Below are positions 14,906 to 28,499 of a stretch of 64,000 bases of DNA, piece by piece. How positions within the stretch are numbered: the stretch's first letter is position 1; the number at the start of each line of letters is the position of its first letter. Source of the stretch: Adineta vaga (taxonomy: Eukaryota; Animalia; Rotifera); NCBI GenBank assembly GCA_021613535.1, contig CP075495.1:13888001-13952000 (forward strand), written 5' to 3'. The position numbers and the translations under genes are program-made. The notes under the pieces are model-generated. The model saw only the letters and a program-made list of their open reading frames with translations, had not been told where the DNA came from and did not search any database.

Positions 14906-15454
14906 TCAAGTCGAATTTGTTGATAGATGATCTAACCAATTTGTACATTTATCTTGATAAGTATTTGATGTTAATTGACGAGAATGATTAACAACTAATA
15001 GCGGATGACCATCGATCGTTAAGTACTTATTATCCGATGGTGGATAGTAACCACTTTCGGAAAGATCAAATATACTTCCATATAAAGAATAACGTGATGA
15101 TGCACCGCCAGGTGTTAATGCTCCATGATTTGGATCAAGAAAATTTACATTAAAAGACATTGATGGTGATTGTGAGCGAAGAAATGTTTCATGCAATTTT
15201 GAATATAAGAATAGATAATTATTCGGATAGGATCGTGAACGTTTTAGAAGATTGTTCAATCGATTTGAAAAGGATTGATGGATAGCACCATGTAAATCTT
15301 TATATGTTTCATTACAATTGGGTAAACTCCATGAACGCGAAGGAATAATTGATGATTGTATAGGTGTTTTCGATGATTGTGGTGGATCATCGGATGGACA
15401 TGTATCAATAACAAACAGAGGCGTTGGATGAATTGAACGCGAACTGTTTATCAT
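14906..15454 (-). CDS. Uncharacterised Ser/Pro-rich 182-aa protein, single coding exon
   Basis: Clean ORF with coding-like composition. The ATG is preceded by the acceptor ttcttcttag, with a likely 5'UTR intron from a donor near 15948. Confidence 0.7.
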   Translation of the reverse strand: MINSSRSIHPTPLFVIDTCPSDDPPQSSKTPIQSSIIPSRSWSLPNCNETYKDLHGAIHQSFSNRLNNLLKRSRSYPNNYLFLYSKLHETFLRSQSPSMSFNVNFLDPNHGALTPGGASSRYSLYGSIFDLSESGYYPPSDNKYLTIDGHPLLVVNHSRQLTSNTYQDKCTNWLDHLSTNST

Positions 15455-16371
15455 GTTCTAAGAAGAAAAAAAAACATCAGGAAAGAAAATATTTGAGATC
15501 ATTCTGATAGCTTAATGTGTATATTTACGATCAAAATGACGTTTTTCCGTTTTCTCGTCTTCTACTTATATCATGACATATATTATGTATTTATGAAAAG
15601 AAATAAACGTTATTCAACGTATTCTGTCGTCAAAGAAGAATTTTAATAATACTCCTTGATGTGTTCCTAAACGATTGTCTAGTATACTCAAGAATCCCGA
15701 ATATCTTTTAAGGAAGTTTCTTTCTTTTTATTTTTATAAAGAATAAAAGGAAAGGAACATGAAAGTATTCTTTCAATAATGTTTTGACAAGCAAAGAAAT
15801 GTTTATTAACGTAGGAAAACAACTGAAATAAATGTCTTGGCATTTCTGTCAAGAATAAAAGAAAGCAAAATTCTAAGTTGAAGACTTCTCTAGTTTTTTT
15901 CTCTCTTCTTCTTCTTCTTCTTCTCTTTATTTATTAATAATTTCATACTTATCCAAATGATTGTTCGGTAAATTCAATAGTCGTTTTTATATGAACTCAA
16001 TTCAATCAAGAACAATCATTACTAATAATGGAGAGTATTTGATTTTATTTCAGATACGATGTCGTTCTGTTGATTCTACGTTTTCCTTCTCTCATGTCGA
16101 AAGAGAAAGAAAAGGATGGAATCTCTTCGTCTTCTTTATTGACGTCGACAAATCTATTAGTATATTCAAAATCTCTAGAAGAAGAAGAAAAGAAAAAACA
16201 TTCTTTTCTTCCGACGTATCAGGAAAAGAAGTGCACATTCATTTTGTGTAACTACATTGAAAATCTCTTTCTTCTTCTTCTTCTTCTTCTCCATCGATTA
16301 ACCATCATGTTTATTGTGAAAATCAACAAACAAAAATAGAAACATAACAATGCATCGTTCATCAAATTCAA

Positions 16372-19300
16372 TTAACTTTTAAGTAACGTATCAGTTAATT
16401 GAGAAAGTGATTGTTCGAGTTGATGAATATGTTCAGTCATAATTTCATTTGTTGTTAGTAATGATGAATCATATTTCTGTTTCAATCGAGTAAGAACAGA
16501 ATTTAAAGCCAGACGAATCGAATGACATAATTGTTTAAACGATTCATTTCCATGATGTTCGGAAAGTTTGTCATTTGAAACTAAAATGTATAAAAAGACG
16601 TTTTCGTAAAGAATTGAAAATCTAATCAATCGTTTTACCATTCGCAAGTTTAATAGATAATTTGAGAATATCATTGATTGTACTAACTTCATTTTCCCAA
16701 CCAGTTGTTTGACTAACAGCACAACGGTGAGCTCGTTGTAAATTTTGTAAAATCTATTTGAATAGAAACGAAGAATTTCTATACTTATTTTGTTAATTGA
16801 AAAATATAAAACTAATTCAATCAATCATTAGTCAATCTTTCAGTTCAATGAATAAATACAATAAACATTCTCATTCATATATGCTAGTTTTATTCTTTTG
16901 TAACTTTAAGAATAAATTAACAAAGGTACGTATCAAAAATTTCCACTAATCGAAGTTTTCCAAAATAATTAGTTTTCAACAATGTACAATCTATCAACAT
17001 TCTAAGAAAAACCATATGACACAATTTTCTATAATCTCGAAAGATTTACATATTAAATCCTTTTTTATCTATCTATTCTTAAAAGATATTTCTCAATGCA
17101 TACTTTCATCTGCCAATCAACTGAATTATCATCTTTTTTCAATTGACATAAATCACTGTATAATTCCCAAATATCTGCATCATTAGTAACCTAAAGAAAG
17201 ATCTGAATCTATGCAATCATTTTTCTCGCTGAACAGATACCTGAGAAGATAATCTTCCGAATAATTCTAAAGATTTTTGATAAATTTTCGTCCAAACTTC
17301 ATTATGATCGTTTTCAGCTAATAAATGTACCAATCGTTGTAGAACCTCAAATGAAAAGAACATGTTCATTAATCTAATAGGAGAAGAAAAAGAACACTCC
17401 TACATCTTTATCAATATATTTTGTTTTTAAATCAATTAAACGATGATAAGCTTGAATTACATCTTCAATTTCTCCACAATCAGCACTTGTCTTTAATAAA
17501 AACAAAAATAAAATTCTATTCTATTACTATTTCGTCAGTACATACCCAAAGAAAATTCTCCCAAACTTTCCAATTATCATAATTACATTTGATTGCTTCA
17601 ATAAAAACTTTATGAGCTTTATCTCTGTAAAAAGAAATCGTGTAACAGATAAAATAATATAAAAAAATCATTAAATTCTTCATTACTTTTGTTTGAGTTT
17701 TATATGACAAGCAGCTAAATTATTCCATGCTTCAAAATTCTATTCATAGAAACAAGAAAATTAAACAAATCATGCCATTTTAGTATTCTCTTCTTCAACA
17801 ACTGAAAATTTTCTTATTGATATAATCAATGTTAAGTAGACAAGTCATCGATGTCATGTTTAGAAAACTCGGAAATATTTGTTCGATATTTTGACTTGAA
17901 AAATTAATTAAAATCTCACGAGATATGAACTTTCTATTGACAATAAGATGACAGTTAATGATATTAAAGTAGAAATTTAGATATTCAACCTACATCAGGT
18001 TCAATGTTAATACACCGACTGTAAGCTCGTACACCTAATTCCCATTTTTCTGTTCGAAATGCAGAACTACCTAACCAAAACCATGTATCATGCTAAATAA
18101 AGAGAATGACAATCTAGTTTTTAAGAATACGTTTATTATTACTTGTAAGGAATTGATTTCAACTGCTTTACATAAATGTTCACAAGCTTTTTCATACTAA
18201 ATAAATTGAAATTATTGAAAAGAAAAATATAATAATATAATTCCTACATTTCCTCGATTGAAATAATATTTTCCCATTAAACGTTGTGCACGTCCATTTC
18301 GTTCTTTACTTAAAATCCAAGCACGTTCAAAATATTCGAATTCATCTGTAACTTCTCCTAATGAACATAATAAATCAGGTGTTTCTTTTATTTTCAATTG
18401 TTCACGAATAATATGTTCTGCCTAAAGACAAAATCGACTTCATTTCATGTTTATTAACAAAAAGAAATCTTTACTAATGAAAGTTTTTTCAATGATTGAT
18501 AACATGAAATAACATCGGACCATTTTTTCAAATGTAAATATAAATCAAGTGCATTATTAAGAAGACCAAGTTTGGCATAAATATTCGCTACATCATTCTA
18601 AAGACAAATGAATTCCAATGAAATCTTTCGTGTTTCTTATTTACTTTTAATTTCCATGTAGAATAAATAGGTGTAGAATAAAAGTATTGTAAACGGAAGA
18701 CACTTGATGGTTCTTTATGATCAAATTGATCGACTAATTCCTAAAGAAATCCGAAAGCGCAATCATTTCTGTTTATTAAGAATTCATATTTACTTGTAAT
18801 TGTAATAATGTTCGTTCAATTCTACGTGTACTTTCAGTTTCATGTTGACAACGTGATGTAAGTGAACATGTTTGAACACACCAATTGATTGGACGAGCTA
18901 ATATATACTATGATTATAGAAGAAATAGATTTCATTTTATTATAAAGTCTTTTTTTTCTCCATGTCAATTTACTTGTAAGAAAGCTAGTTGTTCTTCGGT
19001 TGTAATTTCATGTTTTGGACTATTTACTTGACGATCATATCTAATTATAGAATAGATTGATTATTAACTCGAGAGAAAAACACATTCTTTTTTACATTAT
19101 TAATAATAATGTTAACTGTTCGAAAATATTTAATTGAATAGTTAAATTTTGGAAATCATTTCCATTTTCAAATTGAATTTGATTCAAAACAACATCATCA
19201 TTCAATGCTAAATTCTATAGAAACAAATGTTAAATTATTTACTCAATCATCTAGGTTTACTTTCGGTAATATTAATGGTTCTTCATCGATTTTGTTAGTT

Positions 19301-20532
19301 TCAGTTGGGATTTGTTGTAAGTCTTTTCGTGTTATATCAACAAGTAATTGTGATGTATTATTTACTTGATATCGTGTTCGTTTACCCAATTGACCTTTTG
19401 AAATTGATTGAATATAATTATAACAAAGAAAAAGTATTCTCTTACCAGTTAAATGAACTTCTAAAGCAGACAATTCAATAGCTGCAGTTCGCGCATGATC
19501 AACTTGTTTCCAATTGTAATAATATTGAGAGATGTATGATATCTCAATAAAGAATAATAACTGTTGTGTTCTAAGTGAATGATAGAAACAAGAAAAGATA
19601 GGGTTTTTTTTTCTTTCTAATTTCTATTATTTTACTTATTCATTTCAGATTGGTGAGTAAGAACTAAAATACAAATGAAAGAAAATGATTTAAATATGTC
19701 AAAATATTACGTTTATCAATGCATTGTTGAATATGATCACATAAAGTCATTGAACGATCTGATAATATCTTTTGATGAATAACTAATGTTCGCATTGTCC
19801 ACCAAGAATCTGTCTAAAATAAAATGATAGAAAATAATTAATTTAATTTAGTTTCTAAATCAAATCTTCGACATACCCAATGAGTATTTCTATTCACATG
19901 AAATACTTTTATTGCTTGATACAAATAATCTAAACTTTCAATCGTTGCCACCGGTGTTTCACCATCACATATTAACAATTCATTGATTGTTGACTAAAAA
20001 AGTACAAATTTTCTTCGAACAAAATATCAAGGTCATCATTACTTCGGACATCGACTGTTCAAGTTTACTAAGTTCAGTTTTGGGTCCAAGAAAATTATTA
20101 ATCACAAACAATTGAAGATATGCAATACCAATAAGAGAATGTAATAAGTCTATCAATCTTTTAAATAAAATAAACAAAAACGAATCTCAAAATAATAGAA
20201 ATTTTTATATGTGTAACTAACTCTTGATCATGATTTAATTTCATCATAATTTCATTCCATTGAGAATCATTCTGATTTTTCAAAAGAATATCTTGTAAGA
20301 TCGAATTTTCACTAAATAATTTCTCATATGAACCATGAACAACAAATTGAATTAATTCATTCAACCATTCTAAATAATATAGATAGATATTTCAAATTTT
20401 TTCATATTCATTTCAACATAGACAAGTGTAAACACACACACACACACCATTATCAGTATATTTGATTTGTGTGACACCTAAAACATTTGGTGTCATCAAT
20501 AGATCATTCCATGTTTGTTCAGATATCGTCAT
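16372..20532 (-). CDS. TTC27: Tetratricopeptide repeat protein 27, many short exons
   Basis: LQLFVINNFLGP, HLTGQLGKRTRYQ, RCQHETESTRRIERTLLQLQ, TPRs (WFWLGSSAF, NFEAWNNLAA, YDNWKVWENFL). Confidence 0.9.
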
Positions 20533-20643
20533 AATTTATCTAAAAATGTTTCAGGTCTCATTTATGAATAGACAAAGAAAAACAAAAACATTCATTCTAA
20601 TATAGTATAGATATATATATAAATAACATAGTATGAAAGTAGT

Positions 20644-22571
20644 TTAAATTCGAGCATGTCCATCAGCAACAGCAGCTGTTCGTTGTTGAACGAAATTGTT
20701 ATTACTGCTTAGTATTCGAACACCATGTTGTTGTTGACCTTGATATGGATAGTTTGTTGATTGTTGATAATAAACCGGTCTTTGATTAGAATTCATTGGT
20801 GGTGCATTAGGTATTTGTTGTTGAGGCAAAAATTGTGCAGCACTTTGAAATGTTTCATGATTTTGTTGTTGCGGTTGTTGTTGATTTATACGTTGATTCG
20901 ATGCTTGTTGATATCGAGGTGTACTCGAAGGATGAACAGGTTGTTCACGATAACTTTGTTGTTGTTGTTGTTGTTGTTGTTGTTGCTGTTGATTTTGTGA
21001 TTGATAAGAGCCTTGATTCAGTGCACCATATGAAGCTGAACGATATAGATTAGGTTGCATTTGTTGATATGTCATATTTGTTTGAGTAGGATATTGTTGA
21101 TTGTCAGAACCGAGACGTGGTCGTTGCGTTACATCAACTACAGGTTGCCATGGTTTAGGTGGATTATGGTGCATTTGCTGTTGATACTGTAGTTGATGTT
21201 GTTGTTGTTGCTGTTGTTGTGCAAATGAATTCGGTACTGATGGAGATGACATCGGCAGTAGACGAGCATTGATTGCATTCGATAATTCACGAACTTCACC
21301 ATCTCCTATTGCCTGTCCATTAGAATTATCAAAATTTGTGATTATAAATTGAACACGTCGACCACCTGTTGTTAAATATTCATATCTTCGTTGTGGTTCA
21401 AGAACATGAATTTGTTGAATATTATTTGGAAGATTCTCATTCATGGATGATCCACCTTGACGCAATAGAACTGGTGGTCGTATAGGCATACGTGGCGGTG
21501 GTGGTGGAACATCTTCATGAATATTTCTTTGTTGATATTGTGTATATGATGTCGTTGGTGGATGTTGTGGTTGATCAGGACGAAATTTTGATAACAATTG
21601 AGGATCATCAATGACATATTCTTTAAGAATAGATCCATCTGGTTGAGGAACTTCTCGTGCCCGTACACCTGACATTTTAATTAAATCTTGTACACCATCA
21701 ATAGCCATTGGATTTCCATCTTCATCAACAATTTCGTATTGTACACGTGTTTGTGTTGGCATTTCTTTAACCGATGAAACTGGTGTAGAATCATGATTAT
21801 GTCGACGTAATTCTTCACCTTAATTTCAGAACAGGAATGAAATAGATTTCAACAGAAAAAAAAATATTCTACCTTGTCGATGAATACGTCGAACTTCTTC
21901 ATCAGCTTCATCAACCGAATCAAATCGTCTGTAGGTACTGAGTTTTGATTGATCACTTACCATCGATTGTGAACGATGATATGTATTTTGTGATTCAACA
22001 GATCGATTTGAAGAACTTCTTGAATCAATTGTTTCATTATTTGGCATAGAATCATTCGATGAACGTCGATGTCGAGCATATAAATCATCGATTTGTTGTC
22101 GAGAATTTTGACGTGATGCTGTACTTCCACTATTAGCTGATGACGTTGATGGTGATGCCATAACTTGAGGGATATTTTTCTGTTCAAATTTTGCTTTGAT
22201 TTGTGCAAATTTATTTCTAGTTGGTTGTTGTTGTTGTTCATCATCAGAAATAGTTGTTGATGAATTCGAATCGAATGTTTGTGGTGACGGTTTGATTTCT
22301 TCAAGTACACTTGGATCATCAATAATATATTCTAGAAAAAGAATAATTTAAGTTCAACTGAAAGAAAGACGTTCACAATACCTTTAACAATACTTCCATC
22401 TGGTTGTGTTATTTCACGTACATTGGATACAAAATTCTTCCAATTATTACCATAACGATTTTTAATAGTATCAGCATCGTAACGTTGAATTTGTGCATCA
22501 TAAAACAGGCTATCATCTTGATTTCGCATTGTTGGATAATATTGTTGTGTATTGGGTGTTGTTGTTGTCAT
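20644..22571 (-). CDS. Uncharacterised Gln-rich protein with a duplicated 'REVxQPDGSIxKEYxIDDP' motif, 3 exons (22571-22382, about 22332-21872, about 21819-20644)
   Basis: Three ORF segments joined by GT-AG introns, with polyQ tracts. Confidence 0.8.
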
Positions 22572-23941
22572 TGAATATATGTATTTATATGTATTTAATG
22601 TGTGAGTTGAGTTTGTCAGATTGATGAATAAATGTGTGGGAAGAGAAGAGAAAAAGAAAAATAGATATTAGTGTGCATTAATGCGTGACGAATCACCTAT
22701 TTGGATGAATATGGACAGTAAGAGAAGCGTCAAGTCGTCTTTTCGTTCTCTTTTTGTTACTCATTCTAAGTATTATTCGTCGTGAATAGTACAAAGAAGA
22801 TAGAAAAAGAACGACGCATATGTCCATCAATATGACACTTAACGGATCTATTTGTTTTATTAATTTTACATTTTGATTGAACAATGATAAGTAAAACAAA
22901 TTGATTCGAATGTTTGATGATTTTTCTTTCAATTTTATATCATAAACAATGAAGAGTAAATCATAGTTGATTTCATTTAAACATCAGTTCGATTGATTAC
23001 AACTATGTCTGTGACATTTACGCCATTGATTTCATTTTTTTTTTCATTTAATTTCGTATCGATGTATCATAGTGAAAAAATTTATTCAAAAGATTGTTCG
23101 AACGATCTGAAGAATGAAGAAAAAAAAGACATGAGAGAAATCTTGAATGTTTCAATTTACTCTTTTTGTTTATATTTTTCTTGTGTTTTAAATACCAACA
23201 AGATCGAATAACGCTTATATTGACAAAGAAACAAAAAAGAAGAAAACATCAAATCAAGAACGAAACATAGGAAGAGAGATTTTAAAACAAAAAAAACAGA
23301 GGACAGAAAAAAAATATATCAAACGATCTATTTTGTTTTTTTTCCGAATTATATATATATATATATCGCGTGAAGTTTTTTCTTGTTTAAATTTGATAGG
23401 GATTTGTTTCTCTTTCTCTTCTTGAAAATTGCCATACATATACATACACACATACACATACATAAACACAAAAACATTTACATAGAAACACATAATAGAA
23501 TTAATAAAGTGGGATTTTAAATATCTCAAGATATTTCTTCGTTTTGGCTATATTTCATCATCATCATCGTTATGATCTTTGTTTGGTTGATATTTAGATA
23601 GATAGATATATATATACATACAATGAATCAAACACAGAAATCTGCTGAAATATAAAGAGAGAGAGAGAAACAAAAAAGGACAAAGAGAACTTATGTGACT
23701 TTGTTTTGACAAATGAGCGGCAGCAGAAAAAGAAGAAGAAGAAGAAGAAAAATCAATAGAGACAACAAAAGAAAAAGAAATGAAGATTTAGTTTTTGTTG
23801 GTTTGTTTCTTTTTTTTTCCTTCAAAGATATACATTTCGAGAAGACGAAAAGAGAAAAAAAACGGATGATAATACTAATAAACAAACGAGATGATTGTCC
23901 CGAAATGAATGAAAACAACAAACGGGATTATTATTAATTCA

Positions 23942-25672
23942 TCAGAAGCGTCGTTGATTTCGACATTCATATAACATAGGATAGAAATCATTGATTGCTG
24001 TATTTAGACGGTCAACACACGGTGCTAGAAGAGAAAACAAATCATATGTATTAAAAAACAGAAATCAATTTGAAGATTTTTCTAACCTGTTATTGTTATA
24101 CTACCAGTCGTGAATACTTTTAAAACAGCTTTCTCTGGCAATCTGACTGTAGCACCCGGATGCATTTCGGGTTCATAACTAGATGAAAGAAAATTTAATT
24201 TGAGAAAAGACAGGTTTTATCACTTACCTGACAGATTTTGGATCCAATCGACTTAATTTGACTATATCAATTGGCCATGGCATCAAACACGATGCAAGGC
24301 AATTGACAACTCGATAGTGTCGGAATTTGATTTTCAAGCCAAGTCGTTGCAATGATCGTGCGATTCGTCGTGCGCCGCGTCGTGCATCATCGTCACTGGA
24401 AGTAATAAGTAGCAGTGTACACGTTAATGTGATACTACTACTGATATTCCTCCTACACACACCTCGTCGTTCCCGTAATTGTTACTTTACCCGATGACCA
24501 AATATTGGCTGAACAATTGGGATGTCTCATCTTCATCAAAACCATCTAGAAAATTTTGAAAAAAAATCCTAGAATAAACAGATATTCTGGTTGATATACA
24601 TTGATCTCTTACCGATTGTTCACGTTTATAAATCACATTTGATGCTTCCATCGCTATCTTACGTAGATTTAATTTGCAACCAAGTGCAAATGTAGCAACA
24701 ACATTATTAACAATGATTTCGATTTCTTCATCTTGAGAATTATTTAGTACACTATTATTATCATTACTTACTATACATGAAGATGATGAATGTTCCTAAT
24801 TGATGAAAAGAATGCAATAAAAAGAAGAAAACAAATAAATTTGTTTTCTTTTTTTTCCATAAAAAGAATGTGTATTTTATATTTCACCTGTTCGTCAATC
24901 GTTTCAGTCGTTTTACTTGATATAACTGGAGTCAATGAACGGGTTTGTTGTACAAGAGATAAATTCGTATCTAAATAAACAAGAATAGATGAAGAAATTT
25001 GAATAAAAAAGAATTCTACTTTGTTGCTGAATTGGAATTTGTGCTAATCGTCCAAGAGCACCTGTTTCAATACAAAAACCTGGTTTGGAATTAGTGGATA
25101 TCGAAGAAACTAGACATATTCATTTAGAACTGATAAGAAGAAGAAAAAGAAGTAAAAGAAAATACGATACTTGACGATGTAATAATTTGTCGTGTATTGT
25201 TGATTATAGTCGGAGTTTTGTTATTATTATTTAAAATAGTTAACGTTGGAGTAGATATTGATGTATGTAATGGTGATGGAATAATACGAATTGTTTGAGG
25301 AGTTTGAAGAATACGTGTTCCACTAGGAATTGAATTAAGTGGAGATGAATTCGTTGTTGTTGTTGCTATATAAATTTTATTTCCCATCGTTGGCATTGTT
25401 ACACCGGTGGAATTCATAGGTAAAGTTGTTGTTGATACAACATTCATATTTCCATTAACAATTGAAACCATAGATGGTTGTTTGATATATGTTGTAGAAG
25501 ATGTGGGAGTTAATCGCCAAGCGGCTGTAGTTGTTGATGATGATGCTGAGGATGATGAACCAGTAATTGGTACACTATTTAATTGAAATGTTTGTGGAAT
25601 AACAGCAGTAATAGGACCGCCGCCACCACCAGCTGATGCTGTTGTAGCAGCCACATTAGTTGTTGTAAACAT
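23942..25672 (-). CDS. TBPL1: TBP-like factor (TRF2/TLF) with a long low-complexity N-terminal extension
   Basis: IIVNNVVATFALGCKLNLRKIA, ANIWSSGKVTITGTTSDDDARRGARRIARSLQRLG, YRVVNCLASC, SYEPEMHPGAT, LKVFTTGSITITAP. Confidence 0.93.
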
Positions 25673-26240
25673 TCTTTCGCTTTCTCTCTCTTTCTGTTTT
25701 ATTATTTTCCTATTATTTATTTATTTATTCTTTAAATTTGTTTTAATGAGATGAAGAAGAAACAAATAGAATAGATTTCTTTTCGATTTTATCTGACAAA
25801 AAACGCATCAAGTGGTAAGAACGTTGTTAAGATTTGCACTTTGTCGGTACATGTGCTATTTGATTGACTTGCTGCTGTCTTGTCTCGCAGCTGATCATTG
25901 CGAACATTCTTATATTTATATTCATTGGATACCATTCGAAACATTTCCGTGCCCTCACTTCATCAACTGCATAGATGTTTTAGAATTCATCTGATATCCA
26001 TAGTTTACCGAAAAGAATCCATTTGAATGTATGCAAAGCGAAACCAATATGTTGATTGAATGGCATCGAAAAAAAACTGAAATTTAGTCGATTTTAAAAA
26101 ATAAACTATTAAAAAATTGATTGAGAATGAGAAGAGAAATATTATTTTGTTGTTGTTATTCATAGAAACTACTAAGATTTCAAGAAGAATAGATTTTGTT
26201 ATGTAATCAAAATTTTCATAAAAAATAAAACAAAGATAAA

Positions 26241-27702
26241 TTAAAATGAAACTTCAGTTAATGATAAACGTTCAATATTTTGATTTTCTTGATCAGAATA
26301 CATAAATTGACTTCGAAGATCTTGGTTATTATAATTTCGATCGGCTGATTCATCATTATATAATTGTGTTGAATTCATATCATTGGATAGATAGCCAGAA
26401 TGGGTATCTTCTAATGGAATGTATTCATGGGATTCATTTGGTAACTGATTCATATTTTTTTCATGAGATGTTTGAGAATATCTCGGTAGTGGATTATTTG
26501 GTTGTAGAACGTCGGACGACGGTTGTTCTCTAGTTTTCATTGTGTCGAAAGATGGTAGAGATTTTTTTAAATTATCTTCTTTGCGTGATTGAAAATAGGA
26601 AATAATTGCTTTTTCAAGAGAATTCAAACGTTTCGTTTCATCGGCTGATTCATTACGACGACGTTCATTGAAACGAAGTAAACCGTTATAACTATTATTT
26701 TCAAGATCTCTCAATGGTGAATATTGATGATCTTGAAGAATAGACCTAAAGACATTAATAATAACATTTTAATATTCAACTAAAAAATCAATCACATACA
26801 ATCGTTGAAAATACCCGCGATCATCACGATTTCCATGCCAATAATGCCGAATATGAACAGGTACGTAACCAACAGAAGCCCCATTACCCGCTAATTGAGC
26901 AACACGTTGTCCCCAAATTTTTGCTGCTGTTTTATAATCATTATGCATACCAGGAGGTATTGTTTCATCGATACGATTGATTAAAGCATAAGCAAAATGA
27001 AGATCACCTGATCCAAGTATAGAAAATTCTAAAAGGCCACCCATTTTTTCAAATACATTTCGACGCATTGCCCAAGCATAACCAGGATGAAAATTACATT
27101 TCGATGATCGCTGAGCATCAAGTTGTAAATCATGACGAATAGCATAAGCAAAGGAATAATCTTCACGTAGAATTTCTTTTTTACCAGCTGGACCAAGAAA
27201 AAATGATAAATCAAAAAGTTGAACAATTGAATAATGTTGCAATTGATGAATTGTTATACGAGGCCAATCTAAACGCTAGATAACAAATAAACAAAAATAG
27301 AATCAAATTTAGATTTATTTATTCTACCTCAAATTCAATATCAGCATCTAGCCAAGCAACATATTCAATCTGAGATGGAAGACGACTAATTGCGATATTA
27401 ATTAAATTTTCTTTTAACCATAAAACAGATGGTGCACGAATTTGTAAATGTCGCGGATCATTTTGACGTGTTATTTCAAATTTTTGTTGTGGTAAATCGA
27501 AATCATTTGCACAATCAAAAATACATTCAACTGTTAATAATGTAACACGTGAACATGTCATATGTTCGTCAAATTTATGATATAATTCATAACGTGATTT
27601 ATATTTGATTGGATTGAATAAAACTGTAATGACAGCTAAACGAGTTAGATCATATTTTGGTATACGAGAAAATGGAATATTTTTTGATGAATGTGAACCC
27701 AT
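26241..27702 (-). CDS. GT-A fold glycosyltransferase-like protein of probable non-metazoan origin, 3 exons
   Basis: LWLKENLINIAISRLP, YVAWLDADIEF (DxD), VQLF, HPGYAWAMRR, GGLLEFSILGSGDLHFA, VGYVPVHIRHYWHG. Two GT-AG introns and an N-terminal MGSHSSK. Confidence 0.8.
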
Positions 27703-27909
27703 TATAAATGGAATCGGACGAAAATTTTTTCGTTTTCTTTCTCCACAATCAATGTATACAAATATTCAAGTATTACCAACGATCGAATGACACTTGATTG
27801 ATTTTGACATAAAAATGAAATGAAATGCAAGAAAGACAGGAGAACATTTTCGACACTCACCTTGTACATTAAATACTTTCAGAATGTTTATGTATAGTTT
27901 TCTTTTTTT

Positions 27910-27940
<31 letters not shown>
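27910..27940. repeat. (CGT)n microsatellite upstream of the glycosyltransferase-like gene
   Basis: Direct reading of the sequence. Confidence 0.85.
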
Positions 27941-28499
27941 TGTTTCGTTTTTACATGATTTATTTTATGATCTTGAAAAACGAAGATTAATATATGACGA
28001 TACAGACAGAACATACTAATAATCATATTTTATCGATCTTTAAGATTTAAATAAAGATGATTAAACGAGAGAAAGAAAGGAAAATGATCTCAAGGTTAAC
28101 TTATTTTGATTTCTTCGCATTTCTCTTTTCAATTGTATGAATACATAAAATGTGGAAACAAAAATCTACTCAGAATTTTTCGAGTTTAGATATCGAATAT
28201 AAAACAAAATCAATAGATCCGATTGCAAAGTAGCATGATACAATTGTAAGTTGTTATGCTCAAATGAAACATGAATGTGAGAAATCAACCGAAATATTTT
28301 AGTTATAACCACAAACTGAATTTTGTTTTTTTTATTAATATAAGACTTCATAGAAAAATATGTATTGTAACAATTCTATTGAATTTGTACTGAATCATAG
28401 TACTATTTTGTTCTTTTGTGGATCAATTCATATGGAAAATATTGTCATAAATGAGACATGATCTGTGCTAGTTAGAAGATAGATTTTTAATCTATATGT

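Noticed and set aside
20761-21053. Poly-Leu and poly-Val ORFs on the plus strand (similar ones at 52364 and 62306)
   Set aside because: Antisense shadows of polyQ (CAA)n codons.
22693-23937. Several K/R-rich or F/L-rich short ORFs (similar ones at 41124-41862, 54128-54530 and 59384-61487)
   Set aside because: Low-complexity AT-rich UTR or intergenic sequence with no splice structure or domain signal.
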